A DNA stretch of 64,000 bases from NCBI GenBank assembly GCA_965220745.1, contig CBDCQT010000010.1:416001-480000 (forward strand), read 5' to 3'. A model generated the notes under the pieces. The model searched no databases, had not been told where the DNA came from, and saw only the letters and a list, made by a program, of their open reading frames with translations. The stretch is from Alphaproteobacteria bacterium (lineage in GTDB: Bacteria; Pseudomonadota; Alphaproteobacteria; UBA828). Position 1 is the first letter of the stretch, and each line of letters starts with the position of its first letter. Below are positions 1-8,562 of this stretch, piece by piece. The position numbers and the translations under genes are program-made.

Positions 1-912
1 GAGGTCGGTGGCGTTCAGGCTGACCCGCTCGTCGTAAGGCGGCATGCCCACTGCCACCAGCGTGCCCTCCGGCGCGAGCAGCGGCAGCGCCTGTTCGATC
101 GCTCGAACCGCGCCGACCGCCACCAGCACCACGTCGAAGCCGCGTCCCTCGGTCAGCGCGAGCGCCTTCGCGGTGGCGTCCTCGTCCGTGGCGTCGATCG
201 CATCCGTCGCGCCGAAGGCACGCGCCTGCTCCAGCTTGTCGTCGGTCACGTCGATGGCCACGAGCGGGAGCGCCCCGGCGAGCGCCGCGCCCTGAACGCA
301 GTTGAGGCCGACGCCGCCGCAGCCGATCACCGCAACCGCATCGCCCACCTGCACCTTCGCGGTGTTGATGGCCGCGCCGAAGCCGGTGAGCACGCCGCAG
401 GAGATCAGACTGGCGACATCGTCGGCGACGTGCGCCGGCAGCGTCACGACCTGCGAGGCATCCACCACCACGCTCTCGGCGAAGCCGCCGACCCGGAGCC
501 CGGCCCGTACCGGGCTGCCCTGCTTATCGGCGAGACGCGGGGCGGAATCGATGGCGTACTCGGCCGTGCACTGAGCGGGGCTTCCGGCCTCGCAGTATTC
601 GCAGCGCCCGCATGAGCGCAGCAACGAGACGAGGACGCGGTCGCCCGCGCGAATGCCGCCCGGCGGTACGGCCGGGCCGAGGTCGGTGACCACGCCCGCC
701 AGCTCGTGTCCGAACACGGTCGGCAGGTCGCCGCCCCAGCCTCCGTCCATGTAGGTGATGTCCGAATGGCATATCGAGCTGGCGCGCACCTTGACCCGGA
801 TCTCGCTGCCCTGGGGCGGCGCGAGCCGCAGCGTCTCGATGGAGAGCGGCTCGCCGAAGGCGCGGCAGACCGCGGCGCGGATCTCGATCGTGCCGGACGC
901 CATGATGCGCAT
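1..912 (-). CDS. Zinc-dependent alcohol dehydrogenase (MDR family), 3' end outside the window
   Basis: Not in the ORF track because it runs off the edge. Manual translation from ATG 912 (or 903) gives ...RAAVCRAFGEPLSIE...SICHSD...FGHELAG...CGRCEYC..., with a GCGGVG Rossmann motif. Confidence 0.9.
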   Translation of the reverse strand, partial: MRIMASGTIEIRAAVCRAFGEPLSIETLRLAPPQGSEIRVKVRASSICHSDITYMDGGWGGDLPTVFGHELAGVVTDLGPAVPPGGIRAGDRVLVSLLRSCGRCEYCEAGSPAQCTAEYAIDSAPRLADKQGSPVRAGLRVGGFAESVVVDASQVVTLPAHVADDVASLISCGVLTGFGAAINTAKVQVGDAVAVIGCGGVGLNCVQGAALAGALPLVAIDVTDDKLEQARAFGATDAIDATDEDATAKALALTEGRGFDVVLVAVGAVRAIEQALPLLAPEGTLVAVGMPPYDERVSLNATDL

Positions 913-1110
913 GATCTCCCGATGTTGAAGGCGAGTGCGGGCGCTCGTTCCCCCCAACCTTGGACGCAGAGTGTCGGCCCGCGTCCTTCCTGACAACCCG
1001 ACGCACGAGCCGATATTGCGCGCGCTGGACGGCTTTGCGAGAGTCGATCCGGCACGCAACGGAACGCCCGAGCGTGCAGGGGAAATCGCCGCCGGAGCAG
1101 GGAGGAAACG

Positions 1111-1362
1111 ACGCCGCTACTGGAGAACAAGGACCTCGCGGTGGCCGACATCTACGTGCCGGCCAAGCGCCGCCGCACGCTCAAGCAGGCGACGGTCGAC
1201 TCGCTCGCCGAGAGCATTCTGGAGGACGGACTGAAGGTGCCGATCCTGGTGCGCCAGGACGGCTCGCGCTACGTGCTGGTGGAGGGCCTGCATCGGCTGG
1301 AGGCGTGCAAGGCGCTCGGCGAGGAGCTCATCGCCTGCACCATGGTCCAGGCGCGGAGCTAG
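1111..1362 (+). CDS. Small ParB/Srx N-terminal-domain protein
   Basis: LAESILEDGLKVPILVRQDGSRYVLVEGLHRLEACKALG is a ParB-N motif. The track starts it at GTG 1141, but an in-frame ACG at 1111 follows GGAGG (1101-1105). Confidence 0.8.
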   Translation, partial: TPLLENKDLAVADIYVPAKRRRTLKQATVDSLAESILEDGLKVPILVRQDGSRYVLVEGLHRLEACKALGEELIACTMVQARS

Positions 1363-1628
1363 CCCGCATTTCTCACCAAGGTCATGGTCTGCGCGGCGCC
1401 GTCAGGCCGACAGAGCAGGAAAGCCGCGCAGCGCGATGTGGTGCATCGGGCAAGCGGTTTGACGAACTCTGTCGGCCCGAGGGCGCCGCCCTTCGGGTCG
1501 CGTCCAGGCGCCCGCCCACGTCGTCGCAGACCTCAACCGTATTCCCTGATACGCTTTTCGGCCCGCTCCTTGCGGATCGAACGCCTGGACGCGACGCAGG
1601 CCGTGACCTTGGTGAGAAGTGCGGGCTA
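1360..1628. mobile_element. MITE-like non-autonomous element, 269 bp, with ~34-bp terminal inverted repeats
   Basis: Left end TAGCCCGCATTTCTCACCAAGGTCATGGTCTGCG versus reverse complement of right end TAGCCCGCACTTCTCACCAAGGTCACGGCCTGCG (3 mismatches). No transposase. Partial second copy at 14295-14392. Confidence 0.8.
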
Positions 1629-1673
1629 ACGAACGCGGCAGGCAGGCCGCGATGAGACACGCATGAGGTGCGC

Positions 1674-2675
1674 ATGAGCAAGGTCGGCTTCGGCTTCCTC
1701 GACCGTCCGGGGGTGCGCGAGCAGCTCAGGCTCGCCGCCAAGGCCGAGGCGCTCGGCTACGATTCCCTCTGGGTTACCGAGACCAGGCTCGCCCGCGACG
1801 CGGTCTCGGTGCTTGGCGCCATGGCCGCCACCACGGAGCGGGTGCGGCTCGGCTCCTGCATCGTCAACAGCTGGACCCGCGGCCCGGCGCTCATGGCCAT
1901 GACCTTCGCCACCCTGGACAACCTCGCGCCGGGGCGGATGAACCTCGGCCTCGGCGCCTACTGGGACCCGCTCGCCTGGAAGCAGGGCATCGAGCGCCGC
2001 AAGCCGCTCACCCAGATGCGCGAATACGTGGGCGTCCTGCGTCGGCTGCTCGCTCTCGAAGACGGCGTCACGCATGAGGGCGAGCTGGTGACGGTGCGCG
2101 ACCTCACCCTCGACCTCGGCCACGGCGATGCGCGCGTGCCGCCGGCGGTCAGGATCTTCATCGGCCCGACGGGTCCGCGCATGATGGAGCTGTCCGGCGA
2201 GATCGCGGACGGGGCGCTGATCAACGGGATCCTCCCGCCGGCCTACACGCGCCGCTCGCTGGAGCGCATCGCCGCAGGCGCCGCGCGCGCGGGCCGCACG
2301 CTAGCCGACGTGGAGAAGCTGCAGCTCGTCAACATCTCGATGGACGCGGACCGCGAGAAGGCGCTCTACGACGCCAAGCGCGTCGTGACCCAGTACCTGG
2401 GCCAGCAGCCGCACTTCGCCAAGGCCTGGGAGTACCCGGAAGACCGCCTCGCCGAGATCAAGGATGTGATGGGCGGCTGGCCGCCCCGTCCCGGCGGCAT
2501 CGAGGACGCCATGGCGCTGGTCGACGATGCGCTGGTGGGCGAGCTGATCGCCCACGGCACCCCGGACGAGTGCGTGGCCAGCGCGCAACGCTGGCTGGAT
2601 ACCGGGCTCGATCAGCTCATCCTGATCCCGCTCAGCCGCAACTACGACGAGATCCTGGAGGTCTTCGCGCCGTGA
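1674..2675 (+). CDS. LLM-class (luciferase-like, Mer-like) flavin/F420-dependent oxidoreductase
   Basis: AEALGYDSLWVTE, TERVRLGSCIVN, PGRMNLGLG, GPRMMELSGEIADG motifs. Confidence 0.85.
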   Translation: MSKVGFGFLDRPGVREQLRLAAKAEALGYDSLWVTETRLARDAVSVLGAMAATTERVRLGSCIVNSWTRGPALMAMTFATLDNLAPGRMNLGLGAYWDPLAWKQGIERRKPLTQMREYVGVLRRLLALEDGVTHEGELVTVRDLTLDLGHGDARVPPAVRIFIGPTGPRMMELSGEIADGALINGILPPAYTRRSLERIAAGAARAGRTLADVEKLQLVNISMDADREKALYDAKRVVTQYLGQQPHFAKAWEYPEDRLAEIKDVMGGWPPRPGGIEDAMALVDDALVGELIAHGTPDECVASAQRWLDTGLDQLILIPLSRNYDEILEVFAP

Positions 2676-3958
2676 ACGCGGAGGCGTTGCGCGCGGCCGT
2701 GGGCGCGCGGTTGCCGCTGGCCGAATCGCTGTTCGACGAGATTCGCGCTGCGAGCGCGGCGCAAGCCGGCGTGACCCGGCCGGCCTGGAGCGCGGAGGAT
2801 CACTTCGCCAGCGAGCGGCTTGCCGATGCCGCCCGCGCGCTCGGGCTGGAGGCCGCCTACGACCACGCGGGCAACCTCTACTGCACGCTGCCGGGCCGGG
2901 ATCGGAGCGCGCCCGCCGTGCTGACCGGCTCGCACACCGATTCCGTGCCGACCGGCGGGCACTACGACGGGCTTGCCGGCGCGGTCGCCGGGCTCATGGT
3001 GCTGGCCGCGTTCCGCGATGTCGGCTGGCAGCCGGGCAGCGACGTGACCGCCATCGCCACCCGCGCGGAGGAGAGCGTGTGGTTCGGCATCCCGTTCATC
3101 GGTGCCCGTCTCGCGCTCGGCACGCTCTCCCACGATCACCTGGACTCGCTGATGCGCTCGGATACCGGGCGGACGCTGGCGGAGCACATGGCAGACCTGG
3201 GCCTCGATGCCGACGCGCTCCGCCGCGAGGATGGGCCCCGCCTCTCGCCCGCCAACGCCTGCGCATTCCTGGAGCTTCACATCGAGCAGGGGCCGGTGCT
3301 GGTGGCAGAGGGCGCGCAGGTGGCGGTCCCCACCGTCATTCGCGGCAACCTGCGCTGGCCGGGCGCGAGCTGCCACGGCCGCTACGACCATTCCGGGGCG
3401 ACGCCCCGCGACCACCGGCAGGACACGGTGCTGGCCGTGAGCGAGCTCGTGCAGGGGCTGGAGGCATTCTGGATCGCGCAGGAGGAGAGCGGCGAGCCCG
3501 ATACCGTGTTCACCGTCGGCAAGTTCTTCACCGACGGCGCCCACCACGCCATGACCAAGGTGCCCGGCCGCTGCGATTTCACCCTCAACTTCGGCGGCAC
3601 GAGCCAGGCCTTCCTCGATGCCTGCCGGGCCGAGGTCGAGGCCCGCGCGGCCGAGATTGCCGCGCGCCGCCGGGTCACGTTCGACCTCGGTGAGTGCGTC
3701 AGCGCCGCGCCGGCGCCGCTGGACACCGGTCTTCGCGCCGTGCTGGAAGAGGCCGCCGCGGCAATCGAGATACCGACGCGCAGCTTCGCCACCGTGGGCC
3801 ACGACGCCGCCGTGTTCCAGCGCGCCGGCATTCCGGCCGCGATGGTGCTGGTGCGTAACGCCCACGGCAGCCACAACCCGGACGAGGCCATGACGCTGGA
3901 GGACTTCGGCGCGGGCGCCGCGGTGCTCGCGGCCGCGATCGCCCGGCTTGCCGCCTAG
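2672..3958 (+). CDS. M20 Zn-hydrolase (N-carbamoyl-amino acid amidohydrolase / allantoate amidohydrolase family)
   Basis: GSHTDSVPTGGHYDG, AEES, ELHIEQGP, GHDA and SHNPDE motifs. GTG start overlaps the upstream stop codon. Confidence 0.9.
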   Translation: MNAEALRAAVGARLPLAESLFDEIRAASAAQAGVTRPAWSAEDHFASERLADAARALGLEAAYDHAGNLYCTLPGRDRSAPAVLTGSHTDSVPTGGHYDGLAGAVAGLMVLAAFRDVGWQPGSDVTAIATRAEESVWFGIPFIGARLALGTLSHDHLDSLMRSDTGRTLAEHMADLGLDADALRREDGPRLSPANACAFLELHIEQGPVLVAEGAQVAVPTVIRGNLRWPGASCHGRYDHSGATPRDHRQDTVLAVSELVQGLEAFWIAQEESGEPDTVFTVGKFFTDGAHHAMTKVPGRCDFTLNFGGTSQAFLDACRAEVEARAAEIAARRRVTFDLGECVSAAPAPLDTGLRAVLEEAAAAIEIPTRSFATVGHDAAVFQRAGIPAAMVLVRNAHGSHNPDEAMTLEDFGAGAAVLAAAIARLAA

Positions 3959-3980
3959 CGGTGCGCATGAGGAGCGAGGG

Positions 3981-4352
3981 ATGAGCGACATCCACACCGG
4001 CGGCTGCCTTTGCGGCGGCGTCAGATACCGGGCGATCGGGCCCTTGCGCCAGGTCATCGCCTGCCACTGCGGGCAGTGCCGCAAGACCTCCGGCCACCAT
4101 GCGGCCATGACCTCGGTGCCGCTGGCGCGCTTCGCCCTGGAGGTCGACGAGACCCTGGTCTGGTTCCACTCCTCGGAGAGCGCGCGGCGCGGCTTCTGCA
4201 ACCGCTGCGGCGGCAACCTGTTCTGGAAGCCGGCGGGCGAGAACCGCGTCTCGATCACCGCCGGCACGCTGGACGGCGCGACCGGGCTCGCCATCGAGCG
4301 CCACATCTACACCGAGGACGCCGGCGACTACTACGACGTGCCGGGGCAATAG
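3981..4352 (+). CDS. GFA (glutathione-dependent formaldehyde-activating enzyme) family protein
   Basis: GGCLCGGVRY, CHCGQCRK, RGFCNRCG. Confidence 0.9.
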   Translation: MSDIHTGGCLCGGVRYRAIGPLRQVIACHCGQCRKTSGHHAAMTSVPLARFALEVDETLVWFHSSESARRGFCNRCGGNLFWKPAGENRVSITAGTLDGATGLAIERHIYTEDAGDYYDVPGQ

Positions 4353-4363
4353 GGAGCAGACGC

Positions 4364-5707
4364 ATGTACGACCTCGTGGTGCGCGGCGACCTCGTGCTCC
4401 CGGACCGGGTGCTGACGGGCGGCTTCCTCGCGGTGCGCGGCGGGGTCATCGGGGCGCTCGGCACGGGCGACGCGCCGGAGGCGGCGGAGACGGTCGATGC
4501 GACGGGCCAGCTGATCTTCCCTGGCGTCATCGACGGCCAGGTCCATGCCGGCAGCTGCGAGGGGATCGCAGGGCTGGGTGATGCCTCGGTCGCGGCGGCC
4601 GCAGGCGGCGTCACCACCGTCGTCGACATGCCCTTCGACGACCCGCTGCCGGTCAACTCGGTCGAGCTGCTGCAGGCCAAAATCGAGACCCTGGAGCGGA
4701 TCGCGGTGGTGGACGTGGCGCTCTACGGCGCACCGAAGAAGGGCGCGGGCACCGAGGGCATCGCGGAACTCGCCGATGCGGGCGTCTGCGCCTTCAAGGT
4801 GTCCACCTACGAGTATCACCCGGTGCGCTTCCCCGGCTACGACATGGGCGAGCTCTACGAGCTGTTCCCGGCGATCCGCGACACCGGGCTTTCGGTCGCC
4901 TTCCACAACGAGGACGCCTCCATCGTCCGCCGCCTGACCCAACGCTTCCTCGACGAGCGGCGCAACACGCCCGAGAGCCACGGCGCAGGCCGGCCGGCGG
5001 TCGCCGAGGTGGTGGCCAATGCCGCGGTCTTCGAGATCGCGCGGGTGACCGGCGTGCGCTGCCACATCGTGCACAGCTCGCTCGCGCGCGGCGTCGAGCA
5101 GGCGAAGCGCTACCGCGAGGAAGGCGTGCGGGCGAGCGCCGAGACCTGCGTGCAGTACCTGGTGTTCGAGGAGGGCCAGGTGCTGACCATGGGCGCGCGG
5201 CTCAAGCAGAACCCGCCCATTCGCCCGGCCCACGAGCGCGAGGCGCTCTGGGAGAAGGTGGTGTCGGACGAGGTGGACTTCGTCTCGTCGGATCACGTGG
5301 CGTGGCCGCTCTCACGCAAGTCGAGCCCCGAGTTCTCGGAGAACGGCTCGGGCGTGCCGGGGTTGGAGACCCTGTTCGCCGCTCTCTATACGGGCATGGT
5401 GACCGAGCGGGGGCTTGCGCCGAGCCGGGTGGCGGCGCTGCTCGCCGAACGGCCGGCGCGGCACTTCGGCCTCTATCCGCGCAAGGGCGCGCTCACGCCA
5501 GGCGCCGATGCGGACTTCGCCATCGTCGCCCCCGGCCCGTGGACCTTCGATGCCGCCGGCATGGCGTCCCAGGTGAAGTGGAGCCCCTACGACGGCATGA
5601 CCTTCGGCGCGCGGGTGACGAGCACGTACGTGAGGGGCACGCCGGTCTACGCCGACGGGGCGGTGATCGGCGCCCCCGGCACCGGCACCTTCATCCGACC
5701 GGTGTGA
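4364..5707 (+). CDS. Cyclic amidohydrolase (allantoinase/dihydropyrimidinase/dihydroorotase family)
   Basis: PGVIDGQVH, AAAGGVTTVVDMP, FHNED, NPPIR, SSDH, KGALTPGADAD. ATG 4364 follows GGGAG. Confidence 0.9.
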   Translation: MYDLVVRGDLVLPDRVLTGGFLAVRGGVIGALGTGDAPEAAETVDATGQLIFPGVIDGQVHAGSCEGIAGLGDASVAAAAGGVTTVVDMPFDDPLPVNSVELLQAKIETLERIAVVDVALYGAPKKGAGTEGIAELADAGVCAFKVSTYEYHPVRFPGYDMGELYELFPAIRDTGLSVAFHNEDASIVRRLTQRFLDERRNTPESHGAGRPAVAEVVANAAVFEIARVTGVRCHIVHSSLARGVEQAKRYREEGVRASAETCVQYLVFEEGQVLTMGARLKQNPPIRPAHEREALWEKVVSDEVDFVSSDHVAWPLSRKSSPEFSENGSGVPGLETLFAALYTGMVTERGLAPSRVAALLAERPARHFGLYPRKGALTPGADADFAIVAPGPWTFDAAGMASQVKWSPYDGMTFGARVTSTYVRGTPVYADGAVIGAPGTGTFIRPV

Positions 5708-5758
5708 AAAGGAGCGCTTCAGCACATTTGACTCGAGTCCTCGCCGGGACTGAACCAT

Positions 5759-5812
5759 TGCGTACAAAAATGTGCGCATTTATCATTGACCGACGCGGGC
5801 GGCGTCCCACAC
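5759..5812 (+). promoter_or_regulatory. Putative hicAB promoter and HicB operator
   Basis: Imperfect palindrome TGCGTACA-AAAA-TGTGCGCA (5759-5778), then TTGACC...CACACT ending 8 nt before hicA ATG, with no SD sequence. Confidence 0.5.
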
Positions 5813-5821
5813 TGTCGCGGC

Positions 5822-6034
5822 ATGAACGGGAGGCAGTTCATCGCGAGGGTTCGCAAGTGGGCAAGAAGTCGGAATCTGGAGGTGCGCTTCGTCGCGTCCG
5901 AAGGAGCCGGTTCGCACGGAACGCTCTATGCGGGTGAGCGCAAGACGACCGTGAAGGACCGGAAGAAGGAAATCAGCAAGGGACTGCTCGCCAAGATGCT
6001 CACCGACCTTGGGATCGACAGGGACGAATTTTAG
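5822..6034 (+). CDS. hicA: Type II TA toxin, HicA family
   Basis: 70 aa with GAGSHGTLY (catalytic GSH), basic, KEISKGLLAKMLTDLGI; lies upstream of hicB. Confidence 0.88.
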   Translation: MNGRQFIARVRKWARSRNLEVRFVASEGAGSHGTLYAGERKTTVKDRKKEISKGLLAKMLTDLGIDRDEF

Positions 6035-6072
6035 GGAACGGAACGGCGCAAGCGCCCCCGGAGGCCGAACGA

Positions 6073-6510
6073 ATGCCTGACACCTACAACTATCCTGCCG
6101 AGATCGAGCGGGACGAGGACGGCCGGTATGTCGTCGCGTTCCCCGATTTCGGATGGGGCGCGACGGACGGCGCCACGCGCGACGAGGCGCTCCTCGAAGC
6201 CAAGGATCTGCTGCGCGAGCTGATCGCCACCACGATCCGGGAGGGCGAGGACCTGCCCGAACCATCGCGCGCCGGCAAGGGGAGGCCCCTGGTCGTCCCA
6301 CCGGTGCAGATCGCGCTGAAGGCGGCCCTTTATGAGGCGTGGCGCCAGGCCGGGATTTCGCAACGCCGTCTTGCTCGCGATCTCGACGTTGCCGAGAGCG
6401 AGGTGCGGCGCATGTTGAACCCGGAGCACAGCACCAAGGCCGCAACGATGGACCGCGCTTTGCGCCGGCTGGGAAAACGCGTGACCGTTACCGTCGACGA
6501 AGCCGCCTGA
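6073..6510 (+). CDS. hicB: Type II TA antitoxin, HicB family with C-terminal HTH
   Basis: YPAEIERDEDGRYVVAFPDF...ATDGATRDEAL; C-terminal HTH GISQRRLARDL. Confidence 0.9.
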   Translation: MPDTYNYPAEIERDEDGRYVVAFPDFGWGATDGATRDEALLEAKDLLRELIATTIREGEDLPEPSRAGKGRPLVVPPVQIALKAALYEAWRQAGISQRRLARDLDVAESEVRRMLNPEHSTKAATMDRALRRLGKRVTVTVDEAA

Positions 6511-6558
6511 TCCGTTTCCGACACCGGCAGCTTCATCCGCCCTGTGTACGTCAGCGGC

Positions 6559-7287
6559 TCAGGCCGGCGCGTAGCTCTCGCGGGCGCCGAGGCTGGAGCC
6601 GCCGCAGACCATGATCGCCTGCCCGGTGACGAAGGCGCTGCGCTCGTCGAGGAAGAAGGCGATGGCGTGGGCCATGTCCTCAGGCCGACCGATACGGCCG
6701 GCCGGGATCGCGGCGAGCGCGGCCTTGGTGCGGGGCGAGTCCGGCGGGTTGGCCTCGACGTAGAGCTCGGTCGCCGTCGGGCCGGGGCAGATGCAGTTGA
6801 CCGTGATGCCGTCGCCGCCGAGCTCCAGCGCCCAGGTGCGCGTGAGCCCGATCAGCGCCGCCTTGGTCGCGGCGTAGTTGGTGCGAAGCTCCTTGCCGCG
6901 CACCGAGCGGCTGGAGACGTTGACGATGCGCCCGAAGCCTGCGGCGCGCATCCCAGGTGCCACCGCCTTGGTGCACTGGATGGCCGAGCGCACGTTGAGT
7001 GCCATCAGGTAGTCGAAGTCGTCGAGGGTCGCGTCCTCCAGCAGCGCTGGCCGCACGGCGCCCACGTTGTTGACCAGCCGCGTGATGGTGCGCCCGTCGA
7101 GCGCCTGCTCCAGCGCGCGCGCCGTGGCCTCGGTATCGGCGAGGTCCACCGCGACGAATTCGTCCACCGGGTCTTCCGGCTCCAGGCGGTCGAAGACCAC
7201 GACCCGGCAGCCTTCGGCGCGGAGCCGGGCCGCCGTCGCCCGGCCGATGCCGCGCGCGCCGCCGGTGATGAGGGCGTAATCGGTCGT
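6559..7287 (-). CDS. SDR family oxidoreductase
   Basis: ITGGARGIG (upstream of the first canonical start at 7200), VNNVG, YAATK, ICPGP. The likely start is ACG 7287 after GGGAGG. Confidence 0.88.
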   Translation of the reverse strand, partial: TTDYALITGGARGIGRATAARLRAEGCRVVVFDRLEPEDPVDEFVAVDLADTEATARALEQALDGRTITRLVNNVGAVRPALLEDATLDDFDYLMALNVRSAIQCTKAVAPGMRAAGFGRIVNVSSRSVRGKELRTNYAATKAALIGLTRTWALELGGDGITVNCICPGPTATELYVEANPPDSPRTKAALAAIPAGRIGRPEDMAHAIAFFLDERSAFVTGQAIMVCGGSSLGARESYAPA

Positions 7288-7318
7288 CGCCCGCCCTCCC
7301 CGCGCGAGAGCGGCGGCC

Positions 7319-8422
7319 CTACTCCGCCGCCACCTGCGTGCCGATGGCGGCGTTGACCTTGGGCATGACCTCTTCGGCGAGCAGCGACATGGAACGCTTC
7401 ATCCGCTCCTTGTCGGTCCAGTCCTGCGCAGTCAGCATCAGGGTGCCGAAGTGGCCGATCTGGTCGCGCAACGCCAGAATCTTCTCGGCCACCGTCTCCG
7501 GGCTGCCGTAGATCGTGTAGTTGTCGCGGATCGACTCGTGCGTGAGCTCGGCCGGATCGTCGCCCTGGTTGACCACGAAGGGCCCCTTCATCTCGGCCCG
7601 CTCGAAGATGCGGAAGAGGTAGCTGAAGTACCAGTCGGTGCTGTCCTCGGCCTTCTTGACGAAGGCCTCGGCGGCTTCGTCGGTCTCGTCCACGTGGATG
7701 TTGCGGGCGACGCGCCAGATCTCCGGGTCGGTCGAGTGGCCCGCCTTGGCCGCCGCGTCGGCGTAGACCTGCCAGTGGGACTTGGCCGACCAGGTGCCGA
7801 TGAAGTTGGCCGAGATCGGAATGTAGCCGCGCGAGCCCGCGAACTTGATCGAGCCCGAGAAGGGGCTCATCGCGGAGATCGCGATGGGCGGATAGGGCTT
7901 CTGATAGGGCTTGGCCATGTAGCCGAGCCCGATATCCTCGTGGACCCAGTCCTTGAGGGAGATCTGCCAGTGCTTGCCGTCGTAGTTGTAGGGCGGATCC
8001 GAGGTCCAGATATCGACCATGATATCGATGGCCTCGATCATCATCGAGTTGCGGTCCGCGTCCATGACGCCAAAAATCTCGAAGTCCGGCGGCAGCCCGC
8101 CGGGGCCGAGGCCCGCGATGTAGCGCCCCTTCGCCAGGTGATCGAACATGGCGATCTGGCCTGCGGTCACCGCCGGGTGGTACTGGGGCAGGCAGATGAC
8201 GCCGGTGCCGGCGACAATCTGCTTGGTGTGCGGCAGCACGTGCGCGAGGAAGAGCAGCGGCGAGGTGATCTGCTCCGACTTGGAGCTGTAGTGCTCGCCG
8301 ACCCAGGCCTCAGAGAAGCCGAGGCTGTCGGCATGGACGATCGCCTCGATATCCTCCATGAGGGTCGTGTGATAATCCCTCACGTGGTTGTGGATCGGCA
8401 TCATGAACAGGCCCAGCTTCAT
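7319..8422 (-). CDS. LLM-class flavin-dependent monooxygenase (limonene monooxygenase/luciferase-like)
   Basis: MKLGLFMMPIH, GFSEAWVGEHY, HPAVTAGQIAMFDHL, YGSPETVAEK. Confidence 0.85.
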   Translation of the reverse strand: MKLGLFMMPIHNHVRDYHTTLMEDIEAIVHADSLGFSEAWVGEHYSSKSEQITSPLLFLAHVLPHTKQIVAGTGVICLPQYHPAVTAGQIAMFDHLAKGRYIAGLGPGGLPPDFEIFGVMDADRNSMMIEAIDIMVDIWTSDPPYNYDGKHWQISLKDWVHEDIGLGYMAKPYQKPYPPIAISAMSPFSGSIKFAGSRGYIPISANFIGTWSAKSHWQVYADAAAKAGHSTDPEIWRVARNIHVDETDEAAEAFVKKAEDSTDWYFSYLFRIFERAEMKGPFVVNQGDDPAELTHESIRDNYTIYGSPETVAEKILALRDQIGHFGTLMLTAQDWTDKERMKRSMSLLAEEVMPKVNAAIGTQVAAE

Positions 8423-8562
8423 CGATCTCCTCCCGTGTCCCGCAGCACTGCGCGCGCAACTCCCTTGCCCGCCCGTCGCCGGGCGGCCCGGCGCACCATA
8501 TACCATCGGATGCGGCGCCGCACACTAGGGCGCGGGGCGCGCCGGACCGTGGGAGGCGCCGC

